The notes: a model not told the origin generated them from the sequence alone. A DNA stretch of 24,000 nucleotides from Klebsiella sp. (GCA_036498385.1 DASYFN010000101.1:5846-29845), one strand, 5' to 3'. Numbered from the stretch's first letter, positions 6,834 to 17,739 are shown. Numbers and translations: made by a program.

Positions 6834-9467
6834 TTAGTGCGGCAGGGCGGTACCCCATTCGCGCCACTCTTTTGGTTCACTCTCCAGCAGCAGGAAGTGT
6901 TTTCCATCCTGCGCTTTCGGCGCCAGCGGCGTACCAGGAGGCGTCGCAAAAGCGATACCGCCACGAATGAACTGATTGAAGGTGCCGGTTTTCACCACCC
7001 CGCCAATCAGACCAAAGTCGAGGTTATAGCCGGAAGCCAGCCAGAATACCGAGTTGTTACGCACCAGGTACTGATAACGTTTACTGATACGCAGCTGTAC
7101 CATCACGCGATCCGACATCGAACCGAGCATCAGGCCGGTCACCGTGCCGACTTCAAGCCCGCGGAACAGCACCGGCGTGCCGATACCCAACGAACCCGCT
7201 TCCGGCGCTTCGACGATAATGCTCAGGCCGTCGATATAACGTGAATCGCTAATCGTGGTTTCCTGAATTTCAAAATCACGTCGCGGCAAACCGCGTCCCG
7301 GCTCCACGTTGATATACGCCTGGAAAAGAGTATCCAGATGCTCGACGCCTGCTGCTGAAATCTGTGGGGTAATCACCGAGAAACGCGTACCGGCGCGGGC
7401 AAACGTGTTGGCGTATTCCGGGTAGAGAACCGCTTTCGCCTGTACTTCGTTTTTCGCGGTAATTAAATTCAGCGATTGGATCTGACCAATATCAATCCCC
7501 AGATAGCGAATCGGCATGCCTTCGGCGATTTTACCGGCATCGAAGGCGTGGAGGGTTATCTGCCCACCCACCGCGCGGGCGGCGGCTTCCGACGCATACA
7601 GCACGCGTTTGTTATCGATACGTGCGCTGGCGCTGGCACCGCTCAGGTTATCAAAGCTAATTGCGCCTTTCAGCGCGCGGGAGAGCGGGGAAGCCTGAAC
7701 CGTCAGACCGCTGCCGTTAAGCTGTACCTTTGCGCCGCCTTCGGCCCAGAACACGCTATTGCTGGTCAGCAGATGGCGATATTCCGGCTTGATATGAATA
7801 TTGATCTCAAAGGCGTGCTTAGTCGGTTGAACGGTGATGATTTCCCCTACTGCAAATTTACGATACAGCACCACGGATCCTGCCTGCACGTCCGGCAGCG
7901 TCTCGGCGGAGAGAGTAAGCGTGGTGGTCGGCAGATCGCTCATGCTGTTTTCCAGCGCCTTTTCCTGGTTCGCATACAAAGGATAGCGGCTTTGCATTGC
8001 CCCTTTGTCGCCCGGAATAATGCGGATCCCGCCGTTAACCCATTCGCTGGCGCTGGCCCCAAGGAACTGCACGCCATCGATGCCGACTTTGACATCGATA
8101 CGGCTGTTGACCACGAACTTGCTATCGCCGCGAACCAGTGAACGGTACTCCGGCATGACCGCGACCTGGAAAGTGACGCCATCGGCATTCAACTTACGCT
8201 CCAGAACCTGGCCAATCTGGACGCCATGCAGAATCAGTGGCTGCCCGGCGTCGATACCGTAGCTTTCCGGCGCGGTTAGGGTGACGGTAGCGACATCCGG
8301 CTCTTCCAGAATGGATTTATCGGCAGGCAGCACCGCGAACTGGTTACGCGGTTCACCTTCACCGGGTACCAGCTCAAAAGTAGTGCCGGTTAGCAGAGAA
8401 CTGACGCTGGGGTTATCCAGAGAGATTTTCGGTTTCTTCATCTGAATCAGCGTCTTCTCGCGCAGCAGGCTGACGACGCTCGGGTCGACGGTCATCTCGC
8501 CGGTCACTTTCCCGTCGGAATTGAGATTCAGCTTACTGAGTTGGCCGACCTCCAGACCCTGATACATCAGCGGCGTAGAACCCGCTTTTAAGCCCGCGCC
8601 GTCGGGAAGATCCAGTTTGACTATCACCCCTCGCTGGCTGTGGGCCAGGTCTTCATACAGATGATAATCGGTGTTCTGCGGAGCCTGCGGCGACTCATCG
8701 GGGGAATCAAAAGCGATGGCGCCGTTAACCAGCGCCGAGAGGCTATCCAACTGGACCTTAGCGCCGCTCAGGCTGACATCCGCTTTTACGCCGGATACGT
8801 TCCAGAAACGGCTCCCTTTTTTCACCAGGTTAGTGAAACGACGCTCGATCAGTACATCAATCGTGACGCCCTGATTATTCGGATTAATGGCGTAGTCATA
8901 AACCCGGCCGACCGGAATTTTGCGGAAATAGACCAGTGAGCCGCTGGTTAACGAGCCCAAATCCGCTGACTTGAGATGAATCATCAGCTCGCCGTTATTA
9001 ATGTGGTACTTCGGTTGGGTATCAAGGGCGACAAAGTGATCTTCAGGCTCGCCCTGACCGGGCATCATGCCGATATAGTTGCCGCCGACCAGCGCATCGA
9101 GGCCGGAAACGCCGGCAAGAGAAGCTTTCGGTGTCACCAGCCAGAACTGCGTCTCTTTGCGTAGTGCATCTTTCATATCGCCTTTGACGCTGGCTGAAAC
9201 CTCAATTTTGCTCAGATCTTTACTCAGCGAGATATTCTCTACCGTACCGACTTCTACCCCCTGATAGCGAATAGGCGTGCGTCCCGGAACGATACCGTTT
9301 GCCGACTGGAAGTCGATGGTGATCGTCGTACCGCGATCCTGATAGCTGGTCCAAATCAGCCAACTGGCAATCAGTAGCGCAATGACCGGCAGCAGCCAGA
9401 AGGGCGAAATGCGGCGTTTAGTTTTAATTTTGGCTTCAGTCGGCGAAGCGGGCGTTTCCTGACTCAT
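6834..9467 (-). CDS. letB: LetB (YebT), periplasm-spanning lipid transport protein with seven tandem MCE domains
   Basis: From the ATG at 9467 the product is [37 protein letters not shown]..., 877 aa. This is the same length as E. coli YebT/LetB and collinear with it. The start overlaps the letA 3' end. Confidence 0.92.
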   Translation of the reverse strand: MSQETPASPTEAKIKTKRRISPFWLLPVIALLIASWLIWTSYQDRGTTITIDFQSANGIVPGRTPIRYQGVEVGTVENISLSKDLSKIEVSASVKGDMKDALRKETQFWLVTPKASLAGVSGLDALVGGNYIGMMPGQGEPEDHFVALDTQPKYHINNGELMIHLKSADLGSLTSGSLVYFRKIPVGRVYDYAINPNNQGVTIDVLIERRFTNLVKKGSRFWNVSGVKADVSLSGAKVQLDSLSALVNGAIAFDSPDESPQAPQNTDYHLYEDLAHSQRGVIVKLDLPDGAGLKAGSTPLMYQGLEVGQLSKLNLNSDGKVTGEMTVDPSVVSLLREKTLIQMKKPKISLDNPSVSSLLTGTTFELVPGEGEPRNQFAVLPADKSILEEPDVATVTLTAPESYGIDAGQPLILHGVQIGQVLERKLNADGVTFQVAVMPEYRSLVRGDSKFVVNSRIDVKVGIDGVQFLGASASEWVNGGIRIIPGDKGAMQSRYPLYANQEKALENSMSDLPTTTLTLSAETLPDVQAGSVVLYRKFAVGEIITVQPTKHAFEINIHIKPEYRHLLTSNSVFWAEGGAKVQLNGSGLTVQASPLSRALKGAISFDNLSGASASARIDNKRVLYASEAAARAVGGQITLHAFDAGKIAEGMPIRYLGIDIGQIQSLNLITAKNEVQAKAVLYPEYANTFARAGTRFSVITPQISAAGVEHLDTLFQAYINVEPGRGLPRRDFEIQETTISDSRYIDGLSIIVEAPEAGSLGIGTPVLFRGLEVGTVTGLMLGSMSDRVMVQLRISKRYQYLVRNNSVFWLASGYNLDFGLIGGVVKTGTFNQFIRGGIAFATPPGTPLAPKAQDGKHFLLLESEPKEWREWGTALPH

Positions 9468-10719
9468 GTGCGTCCCAAAGTAAGCGGCTGTCCAGCCATT
9501 CAACAGCAAGGATAGTTAATATTACCGCGGTGCCAAAATAGACGGCGGCGGGCCCCATCGTAAACGCGAGGAGCTGATCGCGGTTGATCAGCGACATGGT
9601 TAATGCGATGACAAAAAGATCCAACATAGACCAGCGGCCGATCCAGGTAATCAGCCGCAGCAGTAGGATGCGGGTACGTAACCCCTGTTCACACTTGAAT
9701 TGTATGCTGACCAGCAGTGTAAACAATACAATAACTTTGGTGAATGGAACCAGAATACTGGCGATGAACACGACTCCGGCGATGGCAACGTTGTTGCTGG
9801 CCAGCGACATAATGCCGGAAAGGATGGTGTCGTCCTGGCGCGCGCCGTTGACGTAGATAATCGAGATCGGCAACAGGTTGGCTGGAAACAGAAAAACCAG
9901 CGACGCAATCAGCGCAGCCCAGCTTTTTTGCAGGCTCTGGCGGCGTCTGTGACGCAGGGGAGTATGGCAGCGGCGGCAGCGTCCGCGCGAATCGCGATGT
10001 CCGGTATAATGGCAGCCGAGACAAACCTGTAGATTATTATCCGGCCGCAGCGCCGGGCGCTGGGGATAAAAACGCTCCCATAGCTCCTCAACATTCATAT
10101 GGATAAGCGTCAGAACGCTCAGCAGCGTGAGCGCAATATATGCGATAAGCCCGATACCGGGCTGCAGGAACGCGTAATCTTGTACCTTGATTGAAGCGAC
10201 GCCAATACCGACCAGGTAAATATCCAGCATCACCCACTCTTTGAGCCGTTCCAGCATGAGCAGTATCGGACGCAGATTCATACCCAGCACGTTGCCCAGC
10301 CACAGATAAGCGATAGAGACAACCAACAGAGCCGGCGCGACGATAGCGCAAAATAGCACCATTGCCGCAGTCAGCGGATCGCCCTGGCCGGTCATTTGCC
10401 AGATCCCCTGCAGTACGTTAGCGTCGATACGCACACCCAACAGATGCAAACGTAGCAGTGGTTCGCTCCAGGCAAAAGGCATCAGCAGCAGCATAGCGAT
10501 CGCCATGCTGCCCAACCGGGTAAGCGACCAGTCGCGACCATCGCGCACTTTGGCGTTGCAGCGAGGGCACCAGGCGCTTTGATTCTTTTTAAGGACCGGT
10601 AAACGAAACAGCAGATCGCACTGTGGGCAACGCTGGTAGTGAGCGTGCGCAACAGGGGCGCTGATCGAGTACACGATCATTTTTTTTGCTGGCGTAATCC
10701 TGGGTGTTTTTAGTGGCAT
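9436..10719 (-). CDS. letA: LetA (YebS), PqiA-family polytopic inner-membrane protein
   Basis: 427 aa, the same length as E. coli YebS. It has two half-repeats, each preceded by a Cys4 motif (CPQC..CPRC and CLGC..CRRC). The C-terminus is [13 protein letters not shown]. Confidence 0.92.
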   Translation of the reverse strand: MPLKTPRITPAKKMIVYSISAPVAHAHYQRCPQCDLLFRLPVLKKNQSAWCPRCNAKVRDGRDWSLTRLGSMAIAMLLLMPFAWSEPLLRLHLLGVRIDANVLQGIWQMTGQGDPLTAAMVLFCAIVAPALLVVSIAYLWLGNVLGMNLRPILLMLERLKEWVMLDIYLVGIGVASIKVQDYAFLQPGIGLIAYIALTLLSVLTLIHMNVEELWERFYPQRPALRPDNNLQVCLGCHYTGHRDSRGRCRRCHTPLRHRRRQSLQKSWAALIASLVFLFPANLLPISIIYVNGARQDDTILSGIMSLASNNVAIAGVVFIASILVPFTKVIVLFTLLVSIQFKCEQGLRTRILLLRLITWIGRWSMLDLFVIALTMSLINRDQLLAFTMGPAAVYFGTAVILTILAVEWLDSRLLWDAHESGNARFAD

Positions 10720-10853
10720 TGATGATGTACGTAAATGAGAGATATCTCGCTATCTTAACTCAGGAATGAATTCATCTTGAGCATGAATGCATTTAAAGCT
10801 TATTTTATTAGGCTGGTAAGTGTAAGGCAGTAAGACAACTAAGCGATCAAATA

Positions 10854-11351
10854 ATGAACAAATCAGAATTCTACGCGGATCTGAACCGCGATTTTCAGGC
10901 GTTAATGGCAGGCGAAACCAGTTTTCTGGCCATGATCTCAAACACCAGCGCGCTGTTATTTGAGCGGCTGACTGAAGTGAACTGGGTCGGTTTCTATCTG
11001 CTGGAAGGCGATACGCTGATCCTGGGCCCATTCCAGGGCAAGCTGGCCTGCGTTCGTATTCCGGTGGGGCGCGGTGTATGTGGGACTGCCGTAGCGCAGA
11101 ATCGCGTGCAGCGAGTAGAAGATGTTCACGCCTTTGATGGTCACATTGCCTGCGATGCCGCCAGTAATTCGGAAATTGTCTTTCCCTTGAAGGTAAACAA
11201 TCAGATTATCGGCGTTCTGGATATCGATAGCATAGCCTACACTCGCTTCACTGCTGAAGATGAGCAGGGGCTGGCAGAATTTGTCGCACATCTGGAAAAA
11301 CTCATTTCTGCGACTGATTACCAAAAAATATTCACCCGCGTCGCAGGATAA
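10854..11351 (+). CDS. msrC: Free methionine-(R)-sulfoxide reductase, GAF-domain protein (YebR)
   Basis: 165 aa. MNKSEFYADLNRDF...CVRIPVGRGVCGTAV...HIACDAASNSEIV matches E. coli MsrC/YebR. Confidence 0.9.
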   Translation: MNKSEFYADLNRDFQALMAGETSFLAMISNTSALLFERLTEVNWVGFYLLEGDTLILGPFQGKLACVRIPVGRGVCGTAVAQNRVQRVEDVHAFDGHIACDAASNSEIVFPLKVNNQIIGVLDIDSIAYTRFTAEDEQGLAEFVAHLEKLISATDYQKIFTRVAG

Positions 11352-11363
11352 TCAACGGATAAC

Positions 11364-11392
11364 GTGGCATTTACCGATGACGTCATTATAAT
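11364..11392 (+). promoter_or_regulatory. Candidate sigma70 promoter for proQ, embedded in a 10-bp inverted repeat
   Basis: GTGGCA (11364-11369), a 17-nt spacer, then a perfect TATAAT (11387-11392). The TATAAT is the centre of GACGTCATTA/TAATGACGCC. This is a motif-only call. Confidence 0.35.
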
Positions 11393-11448
11393 GACGCCTG
11401 TTCATGCCTGCGGCTTGTTGGCTACGTCCGTTGTAATCAGGAAATTTC

Positions 11449-12129
11449 ATGGAAAATCAACCTAAGTTGAATAGCAGTAAAGAAGTCATTGCGTTTCTGG
11501 CCGAACGTTTCCCTCAGTGTTTTAGCGCTGAAGGCGAAGCTCGTCCCCTGAAAGTCGGTATTTTTCAGGATCTTGTTGAGCGCGTTGGCGGAGAGATGAA
11601 TCTCAGCAAAACCCAACTTCGCGCTGCATTGCGTCTTTATACCTCAAGCTGGCGCTATCTGTACGGTGTTAAGCCTGGGGCAGTCCGCGTTGACCTTGAC
11701 GGCAACCCATGCGGCGAACTGGAAGAGCAGCATGTCGCTCATGCCCGCCAGCAGCTTGAAGAAGCGAAAGCCCGCGTCCAGGCACAGCGTGAAGCGCAGC
11801 AAGCGAAAAAGCGCGAAGCCGCTGGCGCAGCAGGTCAGACGGAAGAGGGAAGTCGTCGCGAGCGTAAACCGCGTCCTCAGGCTCAGGCGCGTCGTAAAGA
11901 AGGCGCTGAGCAGCGTAAACCGCGTCCTGCAGCAGCCAAAGCGCCGCGCGAAGAGCGTCATACCCCTGTATCAGATGTGTCTGTATTGACCGTTGGCCAG
12001 GCACTGAAGGTGAAAGCAGGTAATAATGCAATGGACGCCACCGTCCTGGAAATCACCAAAGATGGCGTTCGTGTACAGCTGACTTCTGGTATGTCAATGA
12101 TTGTACGCGCAGAACACCTGGTGTTCTGA
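11449..12129 (+). CDS. proQ: RNA chaperone ProQ (FinO-like N-domain, basic linker, Tudor-like C-domain)
   Basis: 226 aa. [25 protein letters not shown]...TSSWRYLYG... and the C-terminal [31 protein letters not shown] match E. coli ProQ. The RBS is AGGA at 11439-11442. Confidence 0.93.
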   Translation: MENQPKLNSSKEVIAFLAERFPQCFSAEGEARPLKVGIFQDLVERVGGEMNLSKTQLRAALRLYTSSWRYLYGVKPGAVRVDLDGNPCGELEEQHVAHARQQLEEAKARVQAQREAQQAKKREAAGAAGQTEEGSRRERKPRPQAQARRKEGAEQRKPRPAAAKAPREERHTPVSDVSVLTVGQALKVKAGNNAMDATVLEITKDGVRVQLTSGMSMIVRAEHLVF

Positions 12130-12148
12130 AACGGAGGCCGGGCCAGGC

Positions 12149-14197
12149 ATGAACAAATTCTTTAAGCTCACCGCGTTGGCGGGTCTGCTGGTAATCGCAG
12201 GCCAGTCGTTCGCCGTGGACGATATAACCCGGATTGATCAAATCCCCGTGCTGAAAGAAGAGCCACAGCACGCGACGGTGAGCGAGCGCGTCACATCGCG
12301 CTTTACCCGTTCTCACTACCGCCAGTTCGATCTCGATAATGCCTTCTCGGCAAAAATTTTCGATCGTTATCTGAATCTGCTGGATTACAGCCATAACGTG
12401 CTGTTGGCCAGTGACGTGGCCCAGTTTGCCGCGAAAAAGGATCAACTCGGCGATGAACTGCGCAGTGGGAAACTTGACGTTTTCTACGACCTGTATAACC
12501 TGGCGCAAAAGCGTCGTTTTGAGCGTTATCAATATGCATTAAAAGTGCTGGAACGTCCGATGGACTTTACCGGCAATGATAACTTCAACCTTGACCGTAG
12601 CAAGTCTCCCTGGCCGAAAGATGAGGCCGAGCTGAATGCGCTGTGGGATGCCAAGGTGAAGTTTGATCAGCTCAGCCTGAAACTGGCTGGCAAAGATGAT
12701 AAAGAGATTCGCGAAACCTTAACCCGCCGCTACAAGTTTGCCATTCGCCGTCTGGCACAAACCAATAGTGAAGATGTTTTCTCGCTGGCGATGACCGCCT
12801 TTGCGCGTGAAATCGACCCGCATACGAATTATCTCTCACCGCGCAATACCGAACAGTTCAATACGGAAATGAGCTTGTCTCTTGAAGGCATCGGCGCAGT
12901 ATTGCAGATGGATGACGACTACACGGTGATTAATTCACTGGTGGCCGGTGGTCCAGCGGCGAAGAGTAAAACCATCAGCGTGGGCGACCGTATCGTTGGC
13001 GTTGGTCAGTCGGGTAAAAGCATGGTCGATGTGATTGGCTGGCGTCTTGATGATGTGGTCGCGTTGATCAAAGGTCCAAAGGGTAGCAAGGTTCGCCTGG
13101 AAATTCTGCCTGCGGGTAAAGGCGCGAAAACGCGTATTGTTACCCTCACGCGCGAACGCATTCGTCTTGAAGACCGCGCGGTTAAGATGTCAGTCAAAAC
13201 CGTCGGTAAAGAAAAGGTTGGCGTGCTGGATATTCCTGGTTTCTATGTCGGTTTGACGGATGACGTTAAGGTTCAACTGCAGAAACTGGAGAAACAGAAT
13301 GTCAGCAGTATCGTTATCGATCTGCGCAGTAACGGCGGCGGGGCGCTGACCGAGGCGGTTTCGCTTTCTGGTCTGTTTATTCCATCCGGCCCGGTTGTTC
13401 AGGTACGCGATAATAACGGTAAAGTGCGTGAAGACAGCGATACTGACGGCGTGGTGTACTACAAGGGGCCGCTGGTGGTACTGGTTGATCGTTTCAGTGC
13501 CTCGGCTTCTGAAATTTTTGCCGCTGCGATGCAGGACTATGGTCGCGCGCTGATCGTCGGTGAGCCGACCTTTGGTAAAGGTACCGTTCAGCAGTATCGT
13601 TCGCTGAACCGCATTTACGATCAGATGCTGCGTCCTGACTGGCCGGCGCTGGGTTCCGTACAGTACACCATCCAGAAATTCTATCGCATTAACGGCGGCA
13701 GTACTCAGCGTAAAGGGGTGACGCCGGACATCATGATGCCGACCGGAACCGAAGAGCGTGAGACCGGCGAGCAGTATGAGGATAACGCGCTGCCGTGGGA
13801 TAGCGTCAATGCTGCAACTTACGTGAAATATGGTGACCTGACGCCGTTTGGCGCGGAATTGCTGAAACGGCATGATGAACGTATCGCCAAAGATCCTGAG
13901 TTCCAGTACATCATGAAGGACATTGCTCGCTATAACGCGATGAAAGACAAACGCAACATCATTTCCCTGAACTATGCACAGCGTGAAAAGGAGAACGAAG
14001 AAGATGATGCGATTCGTCTGGCCCGCGTTAACGATCGCCTGAAACGCGAAGGGAAGCCGTTACTGAAGAAACTGGACGATCTGCCGAAGGATTACCATGA
14101 GCCAGATCCCTATCTTGATGAAACGGTTCACATTGCGCTCGACCTGGCCCACCAGGAAAAAGACCGGCCTGCTGTAGAGCCACCAGCCAGTAAATAA
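12149..14197 (+). CDS. prc: Periplasmic tail-specific (C-terminal processing) protease Prc/Tsp
   Basis: From the ATG at 12149, with GGAGG at 12133-12137, the product is MNKFFKLTALAGLLVIAGQSFA..., 682 aa. This is the same length as E. coli Prc and collinear with it. It has a PDZ region and an S41 catalytic region (RSNGGG, SASASEIFA, TFGKGTVQ). Confidence 0.93.
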   Translation: MNKFFKLTALAGLLVIAGQSFAVDDITRIDQIPVLKEEPQHATVSERVTSRFTRSHYRQFDLDNAFSAKIFDRYLNLLDYSHNVLLASDVAQFAAKKDQLGDELRSGKLDVFYDLYNLAQKRRFERYQYALKVLERPMDFTGNDNFNLDRSKSPWPKDEAELNALWDAKVKFDQLSLKLAGKDDKEIRETLTRRYKFAIRRLAQTNSEDVFSLAMTAFAREIDPHTNYLSPRNTEQFNTEMSLSLEGIGAVLQMDDDYTVINSLVAGGPAAKSKTISVGDRIVGVGQSGKSMVDVIGWRLDDVVALIKGPKGSKVRLEILPAGKGAKTRIVTLTRERIRLEDRAVKMSVKTVGKEKVGVLDIPGFYVGLTDDVKVQLQKLEKQNVSSIVIDLRSNGGGALTEAVSLSGLFIPSGPVVQVRDNNGKVREDSDTDGVVYYKGPLVVLVDRFSASASEIFAAAMQDYGRALIVGEPTFGKGTVQQYRSLNRIYDQMLRPDWPALGSVQYTIQKFYRINGGSTQRKGVTPDIMMPTGTEERETGEQYEDNALPWDSVNAATYVKYGDLTPFGAELLKRHDERIAKDPEFQYIMKDIARYNAMKDKRNIISLNYAQREKENEEDDAIRLARVNDRLKREGKPLLKKLDDLPKDYHEPDPYLDETVHIALDLAHQEKDRPAVEPPASK

Positions 14198-14203
14198 TCC
14201 TGC

Positions 14204-14233
14204 AACGGGCACAATAATTTGTGCCCGTTTTCC
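14204..14233 (+). terminator. Rho-independent terminator after prc
   Basis: ACGGGCACA-ATAATT-TGTGCCCGT followed by TTTCC. It lies 7 nt after the stop codon. Confidence 0.7.
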
Positions 14234-14313
14234 TCTCTCCTTCCTGATGTTCGTTTCTCGATTCCAACAAAATGTCAACGCTTTTGCCGAGCGTCAGCAA
14301 CATGCTACAAAAT

Positions 14314-14380
14314 GTAAAGTTGTGTCTTTCTCGTGACTTAGCGGGGTCTGATAGTTGAAAATTGGCGCTCTACCCATACC
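14314..14380 (+). promoter_or_regulatory. htpX stress promoter region: sigma32-type promoter with an upstream CpxR-half-site-like repeat
   Basis: gTTGAA at 14354-14359, about 13 nt of spacer, then CCCATACC at 14373-14380. This resembles the sigma32 consensus CTTGAA-N13-15-CCCCATNT. GTAAA-gttgt-GTCTT at 14314-14328 is a partial match to the CpxR box GTAAA-N5-GTAAA. htpX is known to be heat-shock and Cpx regulated in E. coli. Confidence 0.5.
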
Positions 14381-14431
14381 ATGTGGGTAATCGCATAGTG
14401 CGTTTTGTTAAATCGAGGTTAAAAGAAAATT

Positions 14432-15310
14432 ATGATGCGAATCGCGCTTTTCCTGCTGACCAACCTGGCGGTGATGGTGGTATTCGGGCTGGTGCTAAGC
14501 CTGACGGGAATTCAGTCACGTAGCATGACCGGGCTGCTGATCATGGCACTGTTGTTTGGTTTCGGTGGTTCAATTATTTCGCTGCTGATGTCGAAATGGA
14601 TGGCGCTGAAATCGGTGGGTGGGGAAGTCATCGAGCAGCCGCGTAACGAAACCGAGCGCTGGTTAATGCATACCGTCGCGCAGCAGGCGCAGCAGGCGGG
14701 CATTGCTATGCCGCAAGTCGCAATCTACCATGCGCCGGATATTAACGCCTTCGCGACCGGCGCGCGCCGCGATGCGTCGCTGGTTGCCGTCAGCACCGGG
14801 CTGTTGCAGAACATGAGCCGTGATGAAGCGGAAGCGGTTATTGCTCATGAGATTAGCCACATTGCCAATGGTGATATGGTCACCATGACGCTGATTCAGG
14901 GGGTTGTAAACACCTTCGTTATCTTTATCTCGCGAGTTATCGCGCAGATTGCGGCGGGCTTTCTCGGCAACCGCGACGAAGGCGAAAGCAGCAACGGCAA
15001 CCCGCTGATCTACTTTGCGGTCGCCACGGTGCTGGAGCTGGTATTTGGTATTCTGGCCAGCATCATCACTATGTGGTTCTCCCGCTACCGCGAATTCCAT
15101 GCGGACGCTGGCTCAGCGAAACTGGTGGGTCGCGAGAAAATGATTGCCGCGCTGCAGCGTCTGAAAACCAGCTATGAGCCGCAGGAGGCCAGCAGCATGA
15201 TGGCCTTCTGCATTAATGGCAAAGCGAAATCCATGAGCGAGTTGTTTATGACCCACCCGCCTCTGGATAAACGTATTGAAGCCCTGCGCAGCGGCGAATA
15301 TCTGAAGTAA
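14432..15310 (+). CDS. htpX: Membrane-anchored zinc metalloprotease HtpX (M48)
   Basis: 292 aa. [28 protein letters not shown]... with an HEISH zinc motif, near-identical to E. coli HtpX (293 aa). Confidence 0.93.
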   Translation: MMRIALFLLTNLAVMVVFGLVLSLTGIQSRSMTGLLIMALLFGFGGSIISLLMSKWMALKSVGGEVIEQPRNETERWLMHTVAQQAQQAGIAMPQVAIYHAPDINAFATGARRDASLVAVSTGLLQNMSRDEAEAVIAHEISHIANGDMVTMTLIQGVVNTFVIFISRVIAQIAAGFLGNRDEGESSNGNPLIYFAVATVLELVFGILASIITMWFSRYREFHADAGSAKLVGREKMIAALQRLKTSYEPQEASSMMAFCINGKAKSMSELFMTHPPLDKRIEALRSGEYLK

Positions 15311-15341
15311 CTGTCGCTCCCGTCCCGGCCGTAAAAACAAA

Positions 15342-15371
15342 AATCCGCAACCTTCGGGCTGCGGATTTTTT
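15342..15371. terminator. Bidirectional terminator shared by the convergent genes htpX and yebQ
   Basis: AAAAATCCGCAACC-TTCG-GGCTGCGGATTTTTT, with one mismatch in the stem. It has an A-tract 5' and a T-tract 3'. Confidence 0.75.
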
Positions 15372-15386
15372 ATGCCGGATTTTTAG

Positions 15387-16760
15387 TTACAGTCTGGCGC
15401 GCGGCTGCATAACGCGAAGAGCGCTGACGGCGGCCGCGACAACGGCAAGGATTCCGGCTAGCAGAAGAGCGGTGTGAGTTCCGCTATTGCCCTGCAGATT
15501 AAACAACAACGCCACCAGCGCGGCACCTGTGCTCTGTCCAAGCAGACGTGCGGTCCCCAGCATTCCACTTGCGCCGCCGCTGCGATGAACTGGCGCTGAA
15601 GATATAATAGTGTGGTTGTTGGGAGACTGGAACAGGCCAAAACCCGCGCCGCAGAGCGCCATTCGCCAGATAATATCCAGATCCGAGGGCGCAGAGGGCA
15701 GCAAAGCCAGGCCGAACAGACCGCAGGACATGACTATAAGGCCAATTGCCCCCAGCAACCCGGCGTGAAATTTTTCAATCAAATATCCTGCAAGCGGCGC
15801 CATCACCATAGTAGCCAGCGGCCACGGCGTCAGGAGCAAACCGGTTTTCACCTCGCTGAGGCCCAGTATTGATTGCAGGAAGAATGGCAGAGAAACCATT
15901 GCCAGCATCTGGGCGCAGAAAGAGCATATCGAGGTACAAATTGACAGCGAAAAAAGCGGAATGCGCAGCAGGTCAACCGGCAGCAGGGGAACTGGCATCT
16001 TGAGCTGACGGCGGACAAAAAAGAATCCGACGATCAGCATGGCAATGACCTCCGCCAGAACCAGCTCGCCTGACTGGCCCTGAGCGAACCCGCCGAGAGC
16101 GGTAATCAGTAAGCCAAAAGTGAGGGCATTCATGATAGCGCTCGGCAGGTCGAAGCGGGTGACCTTGCTGCGGCCCGTGTTAGCAGGCAGATAGCGTATC
16201 GCGAGAAGAAGTGAAATAATGCCCAGCGGAACGTTAATCAGAAACAGCCATTGCCATGAAGCCACGGAGAGAATCGCGGCAGCAATGGTCGGTCCCGCCG
16301 CGGAGGAGACGGCGACGACAAAAGAGTTAATCCCCATTCCACGGCCCAGGAAGCGTCGGGGATAAATCAGGCGTATCAGCGCCGTATTGACGCTCATCAG
16401 CGCCGCGCCGCCAAGCCCCTGCGCAACGCGCGCCAGAGTCAGCATTTCCAGGCTGCGAGAGAGCGCGCATATCAGGGAGGTGAAGGTGAATACGACCAGG
16501 CCGATTTTATAAATGCGCCGATAGCCCACCATATCGCCGAGGAAAGAGAGCGGCAACAGTGCGATAACGATAGCGATTTGGTAGGCATTTACGATCCAGA
16601 TTGAAGACGCTGGGGTGGCGTTTAAATCCGTTGCAATGGTCGGAAGAGCGACGTTTGCGATGGCGCCATCAAGCACTGCCATTGTTAAACCTAATACAAT
16701 AGTCAGAATCGCGCCGTAACGTTCTGGCAAAGGCAGCCCATCAGGGAAGTTTTTATCCAT
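15387..16760 (-). CDS. yebQ: MFS (DHA2-like, 14-TMS) efflux-type transporter YebQ
   Basis: 457 aa, the same length as E. coli YebQ. GLPLPERYGAILTIVLGLTMAVLDGAIANVALPTIATDL and later blocks are collinear with it. Confidence 0.9.
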   Translation of the reverse strand: MDKNFPDGLPLPERYGAILTIVLGLTMAVLDGAIANVALPTIATDLNATPASSIWIVNAYQIAIVIALLPLSFLGDMVGYRRIYKIGLVVFTFTSLICALSRSLEMLTLARVAQGLGGAALMSVNTALIRLIYPRRFLGRGMGINSFVVAVSSAAGPTIAAAILSVASWQWLFLINVPLGIISLLLAIRYLPANTGRSKVTRFDLPSAIMNALTFGLLITALGGFAQGQSGELVLAEVIAMLIVGFFFVRRQLKMPVPLLPVDLLRIPLFSLSICTSICSFCAQMLAMVSLPFFLQSILGLSEVKTGLLLTPWPLATMVMAPLAGYLIEKFHAGLLGAIGLIVMSCGLFGLALLPSAPSDLDIIWRMALCGAGFGLFQSPNNHTIISSAPVHRSGGASGMLGTARLLGQSTGAALVALLFNLQGNSGTHTALLLAGILAVVAAAVSALRVMQPRARL

Positions 16761-16937
16761 GTGAAGTGTATGTCTTATCAGGAGCGATTAACCGGATAAT
16801 AATTTTAGCATTGATTATTCAGCGGCATGTCGCAGATTTGTAACGGACAGACAGAAGAACGATTGCGGGTAACGAGATGCGAATTTATAATAAAAATGGG
16901 TTCTAATTTTTATAAAACAGTCGCGATGAGGTGATAA

Positions 16938-17729
16938 ATGGCAGTTGCAGATTTGGATAAACAGCCAGATTCTGTCTCTTCGGTATTGAAGGTTTTTGGC
17001 ATTCTGCAGGCGCTTGGCGAAGAGCGTGAAATTGGCATTACCGAACTGTCCCAGCGCGTCATGATGTCAAAAAGCACCGTTTATCGCTTTTTGCAGACTA
17101 TGAAATCGCTGGGGTACGTAGCTCAGGAAGGCGAATCTGAGAAATATTCTCTGACCCTGAAACTCTTCGAACTTGGCGCGCGGGCTTTGCAGAACATCGA
17201 TTTGGTGCGCAGTGCTGACATTCAGATGCGCGAGCTTTCACGCCTGACGAAAGAGACCGTCCATCTGGGCGCCCTGGATGAAGACAGTATTGTTTACATC
17301 CATAAGATCGACTCCATGTATAACTTGCGCATGTACTCGCGCATTGGTCGTCGTAATCCACTGTACAGCACCGCGATCGGTAAAGTGCTGCTGGCCTGGC
17401 GCGATCGCGCAGAAGTTGAGCTGATTCTGGAAGGTGTGAAATACAAACGTAGTACCGATCGGACCATCACCAGCACGGAAGAGTTGTTGACGGTTTTGGG
17501 TAAGGTTCGCGAACAGGGTTATGGCGAAGATAACGAAGAGCAGGAAGAAGGGCTGCGCTGCATCGGGGTACCGGTCTTTGACCGCTTCGGCGTGGTTATC
17601 GCTGGCCTGAGTATCTCTTTCCCGACGCTGCGTTTCTCTGAAGAGCGCCTGAATGAGTATGTTGAGATGCTGCACACGGCCGCGCGTAAAATTTCTGAAC
17701 AGATGGGTTACAACGACTATCCGTTCTGA
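16938..17729 (+). CDS. kdgR: IclR-family transcriptional repressor KdgR (pectin/2-keto-3-deoxygluconate regulon)
   Basis: 263 aa. MAVADLDKQPDSVSSVLKVFGILQALGEEREIGITELSQRVMMSKSTVYRFLQTMK... is near-identical to E. coli KdgR. The RBS is GAGGTGA at 16928-16934. Confidence 0.93.
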   Translation: MAVADLDKQPDSVSSVLKVFGILQALGEEREIGITELSQRVMMSKSTVYRFLQTMKSLGYVAQEGESEKYSLTLKLFELGARALQNIDLVRSADIQMRELSRLTKETVHLGALDEDSIVYIHKIDSMYNLRMYSRIGRRNPLYSTAIGKVLLAWRDRAEVELILEGVKYKRSTDRTITSTEELLTVLGKVREQGYGEDNEEQEEGLRCIGVPVFDRFGVVIAGLSISFPTLRFSEERLNEYVEMLHTAARKISEQMGYNDYPF

Positions 17730-17739
17730 CGACCCTGTC

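Noticed and set aside
7476-8141. Long antisense ORFs inside letB, prc (13190..13873), kdgR (17238..17675), htpX (14663..15100), proQ (11644..12031) and rsmF (5578..6401), among others
   Set aside because: All lie opposite strongly supported, conserved genes. They have Arg/Gly/Ala-rich or otherwise skewed composition typical of shadow frames, and they lack SD sequences.
14248-14337. 29-aa ORF (MFVSRFQQNVNAFAERQQHATKCKVVSFS) in the prc-htpX spacer
   Set aside because: It has no SD (CT-rich upstream) and overlaps the putative htpX regulatory motifs. It is most likely a chance ORF.
16890-16913. AT-rich inverted repeat ATAAAAAT-N8-ATTTTTAT upstream of kdgR as a possible KdgR autoregulatory operator
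   Set aside because: It does not contain the TGAAA/TTTCA-type half-sites I associate with KdgR boxes. In a divergent AT-rich promoter region such symmetry arises easily.
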